A stretch of 20,000 nt of DNA from NCBI RefSeq assembly GCF_001186125.1, contig NW_014040481.1:76411-96410 (forward strand), given 5' to 3'. The notes under the pieces were generated by a model. It worked only from the letters and a program-made list of their open reading frames with translations, was not told the origin of the DNA and searched no databases. This DNA is from Sphaeroforma arctica JP610. Taxonomy: Eukaryota. The translations under genes and the position numbers were made by a program. Positions 1-11,369 of this stretch are shown here, piece after piece; positions within the stretch are counted from its first letter, which is position 1, and every line of letters starts with the position of its first letter.

Positions 1-913
1 CAGAAGGTGAAAGCAGAAGCCGAGACTCAAGCTAAGGCTGAGGGTAAAAAATCGGGAAATCTATCCTGTCACTCGTTAGATATGTCGGATATGAGTGCTG
101 TGTGTAAGTTCGTAGCCGACTTCCCAAAGGATAAGGCGATACACTGTTTAGTCAATAATGCGGGAGCCTTACCCTATGAGAGAGAAATGGTGAGTGGTGG
201 TAGACTAGAGAAGACGACGGCTTGTCACGTGGTAGGGCCGTACTTGTTGATCAAAGGTAAGGCTATAGCTAGTCGTAAACGGACTAGGGGAAATTATATC
301 CGTTTGCTTCTATATGACTGGTGTTGTAGTCCTTCCGTGTGGTGCGAATGCATATACATACATCCTTCATTTTATTTGCTTATTTTATTTGTATTTATGC
401 ATACACATAAATCCATTATTTTTTATGTTTATGTATATACATGTATACTTTGTTTGTTATTTGTATGTGAATGAGACCGATTGAACACGTCATCGTCCTT
501 TTCTCAGTCGTAACAACACTTCCCAGTCGGTGTTTTCTATTACTGCTGCTCATATCTTTAAGAGGAAGGCGTTTGTTTTCTTGAAAGGAACCGTCAATGA
601 TTCTCAGAGTGTGAGGTGTAGCTTATGTTTTGCAACGCAGTCGATCGCGCGCACACTGTCCTGCTACGCTACAAACAATTGGTGAAAATAGCAGTGAGGT
701 TTGTGTTTGGATTTGTTTTTGAATTGAATATATATCGATCACGATCTGGACTCGTATACTTCAACACCGGGGTTTAAATACACTACACTATTAATGTACA
801 TCGACGATTGCACGAGCAATTGAAGATAGGTACTCAATTGAAGATAGGTCCTCAAATGATGCACATTATTTACATCTACAATAAACGTGCAATTAACGAT
901 ATATACTCCATAT

Positions 914-948
<35 letters not shown>

Positions 949-1192
949 TTGTGTGTGTAAGTATATCTATCTTCCGGATTACACGAGCAATTAAAGCTAC
1001 ATACTCAAATGCTACAATATATATATATATATATATTCATATATATTCATATATACATATAAACATATATATATATATATATATGTCTGTGTCTGTGTCT
1101 GTGTCTGTGTCTGTGTACACACACACACATATATATATATNNNNNNNNNNNNNNNNNNNNTACTAAATAGCTACTACGTTATATACTATTAT

Positions 1193-1233
<41 letters not shown>

Positions 1234-2230
1234 ATGTACAAATATATATATATATATATATAGATATATATATATATACATGAGCTAGTTAGCTATGTAC
1301 TCAAATGCGACATGTTATCCACCCGCAGGCTTACACGCACAACTGAAGTTAGGCAACGGGCGGGTCATCAACAACGCGTCTGCTGGGCTATATGGCGCAC
1401 AGATGGATGTGGCTGCACTCAAAGATGGGTTCAAGACATATGTCAAGAAAGACAACAAAGTCGACGGCGCGTTAGTGTATGCTGTATGTAAACGAGCGAT
1501 GTTGGAGATGAGCGACTTCTTGGCAGACTGCTACAGCGAGGATGGTACTGTTATCATGACTAACCATCCCGGGTGGTGCGAGACGGAAGGTTTGAAGCCT
1601 CTACTGGATCAGCATGCGGGATACGGCAGCATCACATTCAGGTGAGAGAGCGAGAGATATTACATAACCTAAGAAATAGATACTTGCAAATCTTTGGTGT
1701 GCGTGTGGTAGCATCACATTCAGGTAAGAGATAGATACTTCCTACACATTGTTGTACGTGTTTTTTGTTGAGGTGTTTTCGCGTTTCTTCTCAACTGAGC
1801 CCTGCGCAACGGGTTAACGGAGGTTCCCAATATGTGCCCTAGCCTCCGATGTCTGATCCGATGTATTAAAACGCTTTCTCTTTTACGTATATGGCATGGC
1901 CTCATCACATGTATAGATACCCTGATTCTGCTATATGCATACCGTTAACTAGGCCCCAATGTTATCAAGCAGCAGCTAATCTCCCGTATGTCTGGTTGCA
2001 TTTCGTTTGTCCGTCTCAGAGATCCGAGGGATGGTATGATGGGAATGTACTACCTGTGTGTGGCGCCAGAGGTGGATACTAGCTACTCAGGCAAGTTCTA
2101 CTTCGACGGCAAGGCAGTGGAGAAACACCAGATGTTCACAAGCACCTCGAGTTCGGATAGGAGTGTCAATGAAATGATTGCCTTCTGTGAGAAATTTAAT
2201 AAGTTACCGGCAGGATCCGATGGGAATTAG
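1..2230 (+). CDS. DHRS12: Short-chain dehydrogenase/reductase, DHRS12-like; 5'-partial; exons <1-256, 1329-1641, 2020-2230
   Basis: Splice sites AAG|gtaagg (257), cgcag|GC (1328), AG|gtgaga (1642) and tctcag|A (2019) join in frame (phase 1, then phase 2). The spliced protein has the SDR motifs LDMSD, LVNNAG, RVINNAS, catalytic YxxxK (DGALVYAVCKR), HPGWCET and SGKFYFD, and ends at TAG 2228-2230. DGxxVYAxxKR and HPGW recall DHRS12; orthology is not tested. Confidence 0.85.
915..1280. repeat. Intronic microsatellite cluster: (TA)n, (TG)n, (TGTGTC)n, (CA)n, with a 20-N gap at 1141-1160
   Basis: Simple repeats are directly visible inside intron 257-1328. Confidence 0.95.
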
Positions 2231-2579
2231 CGATGTGCGTACGTCGTTTATTATAAATAAATTTATGTACGTGTCTCACTGGGTCCGATATAGCGACATA
2301 CGTATTTCATTTATTATGAATTAAATTATGTAAATGTCTCTCTGGGTGCAGTTAGAATCCGCTACGATTGGTGTTGTTTTATTTTAATTATAGGTATGTA
2401 GTTCAAGTTATGATTAAGAGAGAGTAATATACTTGTGTGTACCTATGCAAAGTGCTACATATTTGGCTGTGCTTACAGACACGTTAGTGACGCTTGTGGG
2501 AATAGTCAGAGGCTCTGTTAGAATTTTGCAGCTTATGCGGCAATTGAGTGCGCATGTGTAAGTTAGCACCAACAGCTGT

Positions 2580-4865
2580 AGATACTTTCTTTTGCTATTG
2601 ATATTGACTGCGTATACTTTATGATACTATTCATTTCTGACTGCGTATACTATATTTTGCTGTTGATAATGATTGCATATACTCTATGTTGCTATTGATA
2701 ATGATTGTATATACTTTATGTTGCTATTGATATTGACTGTGTATACTTTCTTCTGCTATTGATATTGACTGCCGATACTGTATGTTGCTATTGATATTGA
2801 CTGCGTATACTTTATTTTGCTCTTCATTCTTGACTGCAAATACTATATTTTGCTATTGATAATGATTGCATATACTTTATGTTGCTATTGATAATGACTG
2901 TATAAACTTTATGTTGTTATTGATATTGACTGTGTATACTTTATTTTGCTATTGACACTGAATGCGTATACTTTATGTTGTTATTGAATTTGACTGCGTA
3001 TACTATATTTTGCTATTGATATTGACTGCGTATACTTTATTTTGCTCTTCATCATTGACTGCAAATACTATATTTTGCTATTGATAATGATAACATATAC
3101 ATCATGATGCTATTGATAATGACTGTATATGCTATTGATAATGACTGTATATGCTATTGATAATGACTGTATATGCTATTGATAATGACTGTATATGCTA
3201 TTGATAATGACTGTATATGCTATTGATAATGACTGTATATGCTATTGATAATGACTGTATATGCTATTGATAATGACTGTATATGCTATTGATAATGACT
3301 GTATATGCTATTGATAATGACTGTATATGCTATTGATAATGACTGTATATACTTTATGTTGCTATTGATATTGACTGTGTATACTATATTTTGCAATTGA
3401 TATTCACTGTGTATACATTCTTCTGCTATTAATATTGACTGCCTATACTTTATGTTGCTCTTCATTTTTGACTGCGTGTACTATATTTCGCTATTGATAA
3501 TGACTGCATATACTTTATTTTGAAATTGATAATGACTGCGTATACTTCATGTTGTTATTGATATTGACTGCGTATACTATATTTTGCTATTGATATTGAC
3601 TGCATATACTTTATTTGATATTGATATTGACTGTGTATACTTTATTTTGCAATTGATAATGACCGCGTATAATTTATGTTGTTATTGATATTGTCTGCGT
3701 ATACTATATTTTGCTATTGATATTGACTGCGTATACTTTAATTTGCTCGTCATTATTGACTGCGTATACTATATTTTGCTATTGATAATGATTGCATATA
3801 CTTTATGTTGCTATTGATAGTAACTGTATATATTTTATGTTGGTATCGATATTGACTGTGTATACTTTCTTTGCTATTGATATTGACTGCGTATACTTTA
3901 TGTTGCTCTTCATTTTAGACTGTGTATACTATATTTTGCGATTGATAATGACTGCATATACTTTATTTTGCTATGGATAATGACTGTATATACAATGTTT
4001 TGCTATTGATAATAACTGTATATATTTTATGTTGGTATTGATATTGACTGTGTATACTTTCTTTTGCTATTGATATTGACTGCGTGTACTTTATGTTGCT
4101 CTTCATTTTAGACTGTGTATACTATATTTTGCGATTGATATTGACTGCATATACTTTATTTTGCTATTGATAATGACTGCATATACTATATTTTGCTATT
4201 GATAATAACTGTATATATTTTATGTTAGTATTGATATTGACTGTGTATACTTTCTTTTGCTATTGATATTGACTGCGTATACTTTATGTTGCTCTTCATT
4301 TTAGATTGCGTATACTATATTTTGCTATTGATAATGACTGCATATACTATATTTTGCTATTGATAATGACTGCATATACTTTATTTTGCTATTGATTATA
4401 ACTGCATATTTTTTATTTTGCTATTAATATTGACTGCGTATACTTTTATGTTGCTCTCCATTATTGACTGCGTATACTATATTTGCTATTGATAGTGATC
4501 GCATATGCGTTATGTTGCTATTTATATTGACTGCATGTACTTTATGTTGCTATTGATAGTGACTGCATATAGTTGCTATTGATAATGACTGCATATACTT
4601 CATTTCGCTATTGGTATTAACCGCGTATACTTGATGTTGTTATTGATATTGTCAGCGTATACTTTATTTTGCTATTGATAATGACTGCGTATAGTCTATT
4701 TTGCTATTAATATTGACTGCGTATAATTTATGTTGCTATTGATATTGACTGCGTATAATTTATGTTGCTATTGATATTGACTGTATATACTTTATTTTGC
4801 TATTGATATTGACTGCGTATACTTTATGTTGCTATTAACATTAACTTCGTATTTTTTACTTTGCT
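2580..4865. repeat. Minisatellite of ~70 diverged copies of a ~32-bp unit (GCTATTGATA[T/A]TGACTGCGTATACTTTATGTT)
   Basis: The monomers are directly visible, head to tail, with no unique spacers. The array includes 11 perfect copies of a 22-bp derivative at 3109-3350. Confidence 0.95.
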
Positions 4866-4903
4866 AATAATCATACTATATTTCTTGTTCTATCCCATCC
4901 CCG

Positions 4904-6856
4904 TCACACACACTTCGCTGATCGGAGTATCTTGTTCTCTGCCCTGAGACAGTCTATATCAAACCCCTGCGTGACAATCGCATTCATCATACTCTGTACA
5001 CACACGTCATCGTCGTTGGCCCCCTTATGCTCCCTCGCCAACTGTCGCAGCAGCGCACTCTGCTGCTGACACACCTCTTGCAACGCGTCTATCCGTGCAT
5101 TGGCCACATCCGCTTGCATCTGCATCTGCGCCTGGAGCGCCAGCACTGAGGCCGAAACATCCCTCATCTCCTGTCGCTGCTCTTTAATGACATCCAACAT
5201 CTCCCGCATCAGTGTATCCGTCTGTGATGGTACAGCCACATTTGCTGTTCGCGTGCCGTATGTGGCCCCGTCGTCCTGAGCTGAAGTGTTGCCCTCAGGC
5301 AAACCACTCAAGCCTACTACGTGTGGCGTTGATACTACAACCTCCTCTGTAATCGCTATCGGCAGTGACATGCGTTTAGAGGGGAAGCTCTGATTGGCCG
5401 GGGCTGAGGCTCCGGCGTGTGCCATCTCATCAAAGTCCACCGACGTGCTCGTCTCTGTGTTTGTAACCATTTGCGTGGGTGCTTGCGCGTTTCCCCGAGA
5501 AGTCCGCTTGGTGTTCGCAGGCATTTTTCGCACCGCCCCACTAACACACGTGGGTGTCGAGGGGTGCCTTGGACCGTCTGCCTTGGTATGCCCTGCACGG
5601 CCAGTCGGCAGGTCTTTATTGACTACCAATGGAGGTGGCATGTGTTGATGCAATCGTCCGCGGTGTGGGTGCTGAGGCTGCTTGATACCCTCCGATATAG
5701 TGTTTGCTTCTGTATCTGGGACCAGCTTGGATCGCTGTAGTTTGATGGGTATGGTATCTCGAGACTCGGGCGAGATGGAGCTACACGTGTCTGCGTGAGC
5801 TCGGACCACCCCAGATGCGCATCCGCCCGAGATGCTCGCACTCCTGCCGTACGTTACCTGGTTAGTGTTAGTCGGAGGCCTTGGGAGGCAACTGCCCTTT
5901 AGGCTTTCGTGAACTGAATCCACACTGTTCAGTCTACGCTGAGGTGCGGACTGGTTGGACCGCAAACCAGACCTATCATACAGATCGTCTGCGCTCACTT
6001 TTGTATCCAGGGCTGTGACTGTGAACCTTCCAGCACTACGGCCATCGCGTACCATCCAGGGTGACTGAGGTGCACTTCGAACAATCGGGTCACTTCCCGT
6101 GCGTGTGCACGTGTCCTTGTTTACATTTGTTTCTGAATATCCGATGGTAGCAGTATTGTCGTCCCCCCATCGTGAGCTAAAGGTGTGTTCTGGCGCAAAG
6201 TGCCGGAAACCTTCCTCCACCGGTGTTGAACTGTTCCTACGCATAGGTATACCTGAAGCTGGTACATACAGATTTCGAGCTGAGTGGAATCTACTTGTTT
6301 CAGAATCAAAAGAGCTCTCTGCCACATTGGGTGCGTAAGTCGGTACGCTTAGCGGTCTACCGTCGCTATTTAACGGCACGATCTTGAACCTATTTGGTTT
6401 TGTTTGATCGACTTCTGTCCTTGTACGAATAGTTCGAGGTGTGTGAGGTGTGATGCATGCACTAGCGGTCCCCTCCAAGCTTGTATCAAGTTGTCCGTTA
6501 ACATGTCTTGAACGAGGTGACAGAACATGTGTCAATTTGTCATCGCGTGAAATTTGGCGAGATGCCTGCTCAATGGTGCGCGATGTCTGGCGCACTATCG
6601 CAACGTCTGAGGGTGTCATGTTGCCGTTCACAGATAGGATTACGCCTGTGCATGCAGGTACGGTACCTACAGTCTATTTAAAAAACAAATGAATGAATAT
6701 AAATATATAGACACTATGTCATGTATTTACAACTGCTGTATTAGGTATGTAAGTACAGTATATTTATCTATTTTTTATATTATGCGTAGAATAGCTTCTC
6801 ACTGTGTCCTCTGCCCAGACAGCCCAGTGCACGCTCGTCCCTAGACTCTTTTCTGC
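4904..6856 (-). CDS. Spliced gene, 5'-incomplete: small exon 6856-6803 plus large exon 6673-~4904; disordered Ser/Thr/Pro-rich protein with RFxI/RFxV motifs and a C-terminal coiled coil
   Basis: A 1.77-kb stop-free, GC-richer frame starts right after the acceptor tttgttttttaaatag (AG at 6675-6674). An upstream 54-nt phase-0 exon (AEKSLGTSVHWAVWAEDT) is flanked by ccgcag and gtgaga. The coiled-coil-like end is LMREMLDVIKEQRQEM...LRAENKILRS. The 3' end may be TGA 4906-4904 or a GTGTGT donor near 4913. Confidence 0.75.
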
Positions 6857-7589
6857 CTGCGGTAATATTATGTATCAAAAAAAAAAATAGTGATTTTATT
6901 TGGAACTTCTGAATTATCGGTGCCAATTTTTCACTCTAAATATTAAAATAATTACACATTTACTGCTTTTAGGTTTATCATCAGTGATCAGTCAGTGATC
7001 ACTGATCACTTTTAAAATACCACTGTGCTAATCCCCGCTGATCGTCTGACGGTCTGACTCACAGTTGACAGGGGCTTGGTCCTTGTTGTGCCAGTTGTGG
7101 TTCTTCTCTCCGAATGTGTGTGACTTGGAATGGGCGCTTGGGCTTTTTGTTTTTCAAAAACAAAACCAAAAATGGCTCGTTTTTATATATTTTACATATA
7201 ACTTTTTTTTTCTCGACGAACTTTTTGTTGATGTTATTTTTTTTCAAAACAAAGCATATATTTATTCTGCAAGTGTTGTCAGCGGCGTGTCCGATCTAAG
7301 ATCATCAGATGAAGCGTTGGTTTCTCCAGCTCTATTTTTGTTTTTAAAAAATAGTATTTATTTATATACAAGAGAACTATTTTGGGGGGTTTCTAAAAAC
7401 AGGCAACACTTCTCGATATAGCCTTCTAAATAAAAAAAATTCACTCGATTTGTATTTAAAATGGTTTTCGGGTTTTGTTAGATTTTTAGTATAAGAAACC
7501 ATACATCGCCTTCTCAATTACTCATGATGAAACAATGAAATATTTATCCTCTGCAACTAGTGCAAGAAGTCTGAATTCTGCAACTGTCA

Positions 7590-7662
7590 GTCAGTCACCC
7601 CAGGGCCCAGACTCCAGTTCAGAGTCAGTCACCCCAGGGCCCAGACTCCAGTTCAGAGTCAG
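7590..7662. repeat. Perfect 34-bp tandem duplication (GTCAGTCACCCCAGGGCCCAGACTCCAGTTCAGA x2)
   Basis: Copies start at 7590 and 7624. Confidence 0.9.
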
Positions 7663-7870
7663 CACTCAGCAGCCGAGCAGCGCGATACGGTGACAGAGTG
7701 GCACTCTGTCTGTGAGACAGTGGACTGACTGTTGCAGTTGGCCTCTGTTGGAGTTTTATGTACATTTATATTTTCTAACTATTTGTATTGAAAAAATTGT
7801 ATTTACGACACAACTCGACAACTCGACAAGTATTATTTTTTATAAAAAAGCAAGTCTTAAAAAATATAGA

Positions 7871-9000
7871 TTATAAAACCGAACGCGAGTGTGTAGGACG
7901 TGCAGTGTTTTTGGTTAAAATATCGGACTGGTTGTCCCCGGAAGAAATGAATTCGACGCGAATGACCCGATTTCCTAGAGCTCCTTGGTGTGTTGTACGC
8001 GAGCATCGATGTATTTAAGGTGCTTCGTATGGCCAGTGGATGTAACGTCATGTATTGTTGATTTGTTATCACATTGTAATACGGTGGGGGTCTGCTGAGG
8101 GAAGCCGAGTTCCTCGAGGGTATTTCGAAGCCATTGAATATGTTTGGCGGCCTCAGACGCAGCGAAATATTCTGATTCCGTAGAGCTAGTAGAGATGGTT
8201 TCTGCCGGTGAGATTTCTACGCTACGGATATGTGGTTGATACGTAGGACAATATAGCCTGTTATGGAGCGTCTGGTGTCCGAGCAGGGAGCGTAGTCGGC
8301 GTCGGAGCCAGCATCGGCAATTCGGGGGCCCTTGTGATATTAGATGTGGTGTACCTTTGAGATACCGCAGGATGCGTTGTGCAGCTGACCAGTTTTGTTT
8401 TCGAGTCAAGACTGAAAGCTACTGAAGGGTGCCGATGAGTTCACGATATGCACATAGATGGCGTGGTTCCTTATTTTTAGCGACTTGTTCTTGTGTTGCA
8501 GGTGTGGGTGCAGAATGGCTTTCGGCTAGATCAAACATCTCTAGAGCCTCCTTGATGGCACTATCTTGGCCGAGACAAATAGAGTCTGGTGTAGTAAGGA
8601 CATGCACCCCTATAAGCCATCGTGGCTCTCCCAGATCCTTGCAGCTGAATTTGATCTGGATCACAAGGGATTTGAAGTGATCGACGTCTGATTTGCGTTG
8701 TCAGCATATGATAAGATCGTCTACGTATAGCAGTACGACACATTTCAGATCATCAATATCAGCGATAAACATGCACTGGTCACCATCAGACTATCGGAAG
8801 CCCATCGCGAGTAGTTTGAACTTTATCAACGCATACCACAATCGACCTGATTGTTTGAATCCATACAAGAACTTTTTGAGTTTCATGACACAGTTGGCAG
8901 GTAGTCTCGTAGCGTTTGCACCCGGTGGTGGCCTCATATAGATTGGTTCATCGAGATCGGCAAAAGGATGTGCGGTATCAACGTCTATTTGGTGTTTGTA
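7871..9000 (-). pseudogene. pol: Copia pol: reverse transcriptase (N-terminally truncated) and RNase H
   Basis: From 9000: YKHQIDVDTAHPFADLDEPIYMRPPPG...MKLKKFLYGFKQSGRLWY...GFR*SDGDQCMF...LLYVDDLII (YVDD at 8727-8716). Then KDLGEPRWLIG, YRELIGTLQ, AQRILRYLKGT, STSSTESEYFAASEA, CDNKS, and VEFISSGDNQSDILTK, ending at TAA 7873-7871. Confidence 0.93.
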
Positions 9001-9869
9001 AGTTTAGAGTTTTCTAACGCGCGTAGCTATTTCTGGCAAAGATTTCCCTCTTCAGACGATGTTGGCCTGTCTTGGTTCTGAAGAACAGTGAGTATGCCGC
9101 TGTTTTCCAAATCACGTGCCCATGATATTTGGTTTGTATGTGTAGTTGGAAGTGGGTCGTGTTCCCCTGGAAGCGGGGGGTGTGTTGATGGGCGAAGGGA
9201 TAATTGGCGTAGAACAAGAAGTGTGCTCCCCGGTAATCGTTATGGTATTTGGTTGATATGGAATTAGGGGCTGCAGGCATGTCACAAGCGGTAGTCTCCT
9301 CTGTAATATCAGAATGAACTTGATTTGGTTGTATTGTAGTAGAAGGTGAGTTCAACACTGTTGTTGTAATCTTGTTAGACTCCCCTGGAAGAGAGGTACT
9401 GGAAGAAAACTGACCGTCACTGCCGTATTGGTTGGTGTTGTTGTACGCTTGCATCTGGCGGGCGCGCTATCGCGTCATTCGCATGTTATTGGGTAGGTGT
9501 GGTTCGTTGAGTATTCCTGAATTCTGGCGGGACTCGAGTAATAATCCACGAAGTGTACGGGATTCAGGGTGACATTGAATATGTGGTCGTAATGCGTTGT
9601 TGATATTATCTTCCATAGCTGGCGCAGTATGCGATGAAATTGTTGTGTTGGACGTAGGCAGAAGTGGGCGTGGTATGGAGTGTGTTATTGGGGTAGGTAG
9701 TAGTGCAGGTGAGAGATCCCGCAGATTATTGTCATTTGTTGTGTCTGGGTTGACGATCTCGTCTGTCTGTGTACCAATAGAAGTTGTTGTGATGATGTGT
9801 GTGTTGCTGTCAGGGAATGGTGGGTATGTCTGTGACAGCAGTATCAAATTTTGGAACTGGGGTGTTGCC

Positions 9870-10796
9870 TAGCATAGTCCATTTTGGAAGGACTTGGTAA
9901 TTGAATTTAACATCACGAGAGTGACATATTTTACCCGTCTTCAGGTTGAGGATCTGGCATTCGTCTTTGTATTTGGACTGGTGGTCATGGCCTAAGTACA
10001 CACCGATATTGGCGCGGTCGTCCAGTTTGCCATCACGTGACTGATTGATGAACGCAACTTCCACAAGGATGTATGTGTTTGATTCGTTCAGTGGGTTTGA
10101 ATCCCCAAAAAAACCTCCCATGATTTTTATCCTTGTTGTGTTTGTTGTTGTGAACAGATTTCTTCAAAGCGGCAAACTGAATGGCTTCGCCCCACATGTT
10201 GTACGGCATTATAGATTGTTTCATGTCGCTGAGCATGATATCATGAATTTCTCCGTGGAGTGCAGAGGTGGCTGTGGGAACGCATAGTGTAGAAATACGG
10301 CCTCCGGTCAGTCTGAAATATCAAGATCAATTGGAGATAATACATTGGTTTTTATTTGTATTTTAAATAATTTAATACAAGCTCTTTTTCCAATATATTT
10401 CCAAAGTGTTCTAAATTCACTTTGATGGCTCCAATAGCCTGAGTATTTGGTATGACTCATCTACTTGGACCTGTTTGCNNNNNNNNNNNNNNNNNNNNGC
10501 ATCTGGACATGTTCTTGGGTATTGATTTTGTTGAATTTTTGGGAAACAAATTCACCACCTCGATCACATTTAAGTTCGCGTAGTTTAGCGAGGTAGTCTT
10601 TGCCAACCTCTGTATATAATTGGTCAAGTACACCGGTGGCGTCATCTTTGTGTTTAAAGTTATAGTCCAACATGTAGCCGCTGTTGGCATCCACAAATTT
10701 GATATCACAGATGTAGCCGCTAGGGGTGGTGGTTAGTCCGGTGTGGAGACCTACATAGAAGACCGTACCTACAAGTGGGAGTGTGTCATCGTCCAT
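9870..10796 (-). pseudogene. pol: Copia integrase catalytic core and C-terminal SH3-like region, interrupted by an insertion and an assembly gap
   Basis: Motifs FVDANSGY...FKHKDDA...LKCDRGGEFVSQKF, MPYNMWGEAIQFAA, and KLDDRANIGVYLG...KTGKICHSRDVKFN match the Copia integrase consensus. Confidence 0.9.
10285..10498. mobile_element. Nested AT-rich non-coding insertion within the integrase; right end hidden in the gap
   Basis: Integrase homology stops at 10284 and resumes at 10499. The insert starts TAGTG. The left flank ends GGAACGCA and the first bases after the gap are GCA, compatible with a target-site duplication partly hidden by Ns. Confidence 0.5.
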
Positions 10797-10939
10797 GCTG
10801 GTGTGCCGGACTGGTCGTCATCGCATTTTTCCTTCTACACAAGGAGTGCAAAATTGAAGTTTGATAGGGTGGGCAACAGTATCCGCTTCGGCAGTAAGTA
10901 GTACAGCCGTGGGCGGTACAGCATGCTTCACGTGTCCAA

Positions 10940-11369
10940 TGCTTGATACTATCCCTATGCATATGTAACGCCATTTGGGTAGTCCTACGACATCGTGACC
11001 GTTCTCGAGGAATGTATTCTCAGTTGTGCGTATGATCTTCACATGGGAGTGTAGTTGGCGAAGGGTTTGGTTATAATTGCTAGTATTAGGTATGAGTGGG
11101 AAGACCATGATGATGAGTCCATCCTCAGTGTCGCACTTGATTAGTGTATCACGCCACGATTTGCGCCGAAAGGATATGTTGCCATATAGATGTTTTGTCG
11201 GTTGATGCCAGTATTGTTGGGAGGCGTCGTTGAGGGGTGCATTGTTGTTGAGGCTGCAATACATTGGCACTTGCGCGTTTTCTGCAGTTGCGAACATGTC
11301 GATGTCGACATTGTCGAAGACTTCAGTGACATGGCGTTTGAAGATGTCCGGATGAAGCATCCACTCATC
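10940..11369 (-). other. Dam-like (phage/DIRS-type) DNA N6-adenine methyltransferase domain fused in frame within the Copia polyprotein
   Basis: The segment reads DEWMLHPDIF...DIDMFATAENAQVPMYCS...DASQQYW...LYGNISF...LIK...IIMVFPLIP...PKW. Motif order and spacing match the Dam PF05869/DIRS MT pattern (W-x-L/T...F, D-x-D-L-F-A-S-x2-N, D-A-F-x3-W, Y-x-N-P-P-F, L-V-x-P-x-W-P). The catalytic NPPF equivalent is NISF. Confidence 0.8.

Noticed and set aside
257..1166. C-terminal half of ORF 7-474 and ORF 927-1166 as proteins
   Set aside because: Both are intron read-through and microsatellite translation; SDR similarity stops at the donor at 257.
3792..3980. 62-aa hydrophobic ORF
   Set aside because: It is a chance translation of the satellite; the 32-bp unit is not a multiple of three.
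2580..4865. CRISPR array
   Set aside because: The units are head to tail with no unique spacers, no cas genes are present, and the context is eukaryotic. It is a minisatellite.
5356..6692. Short overlapping ORFs on both strands within the large exon
   Set aside because: They are shadow frames of the 575-aa minus-strand frame with no independent motifs.
9373..9380. TGTTAGAC as the start of a second LTR copy
   Set aside because: It matches only the first 8 bp of the LTR and lies inside pol; the following sequence is unrelated.
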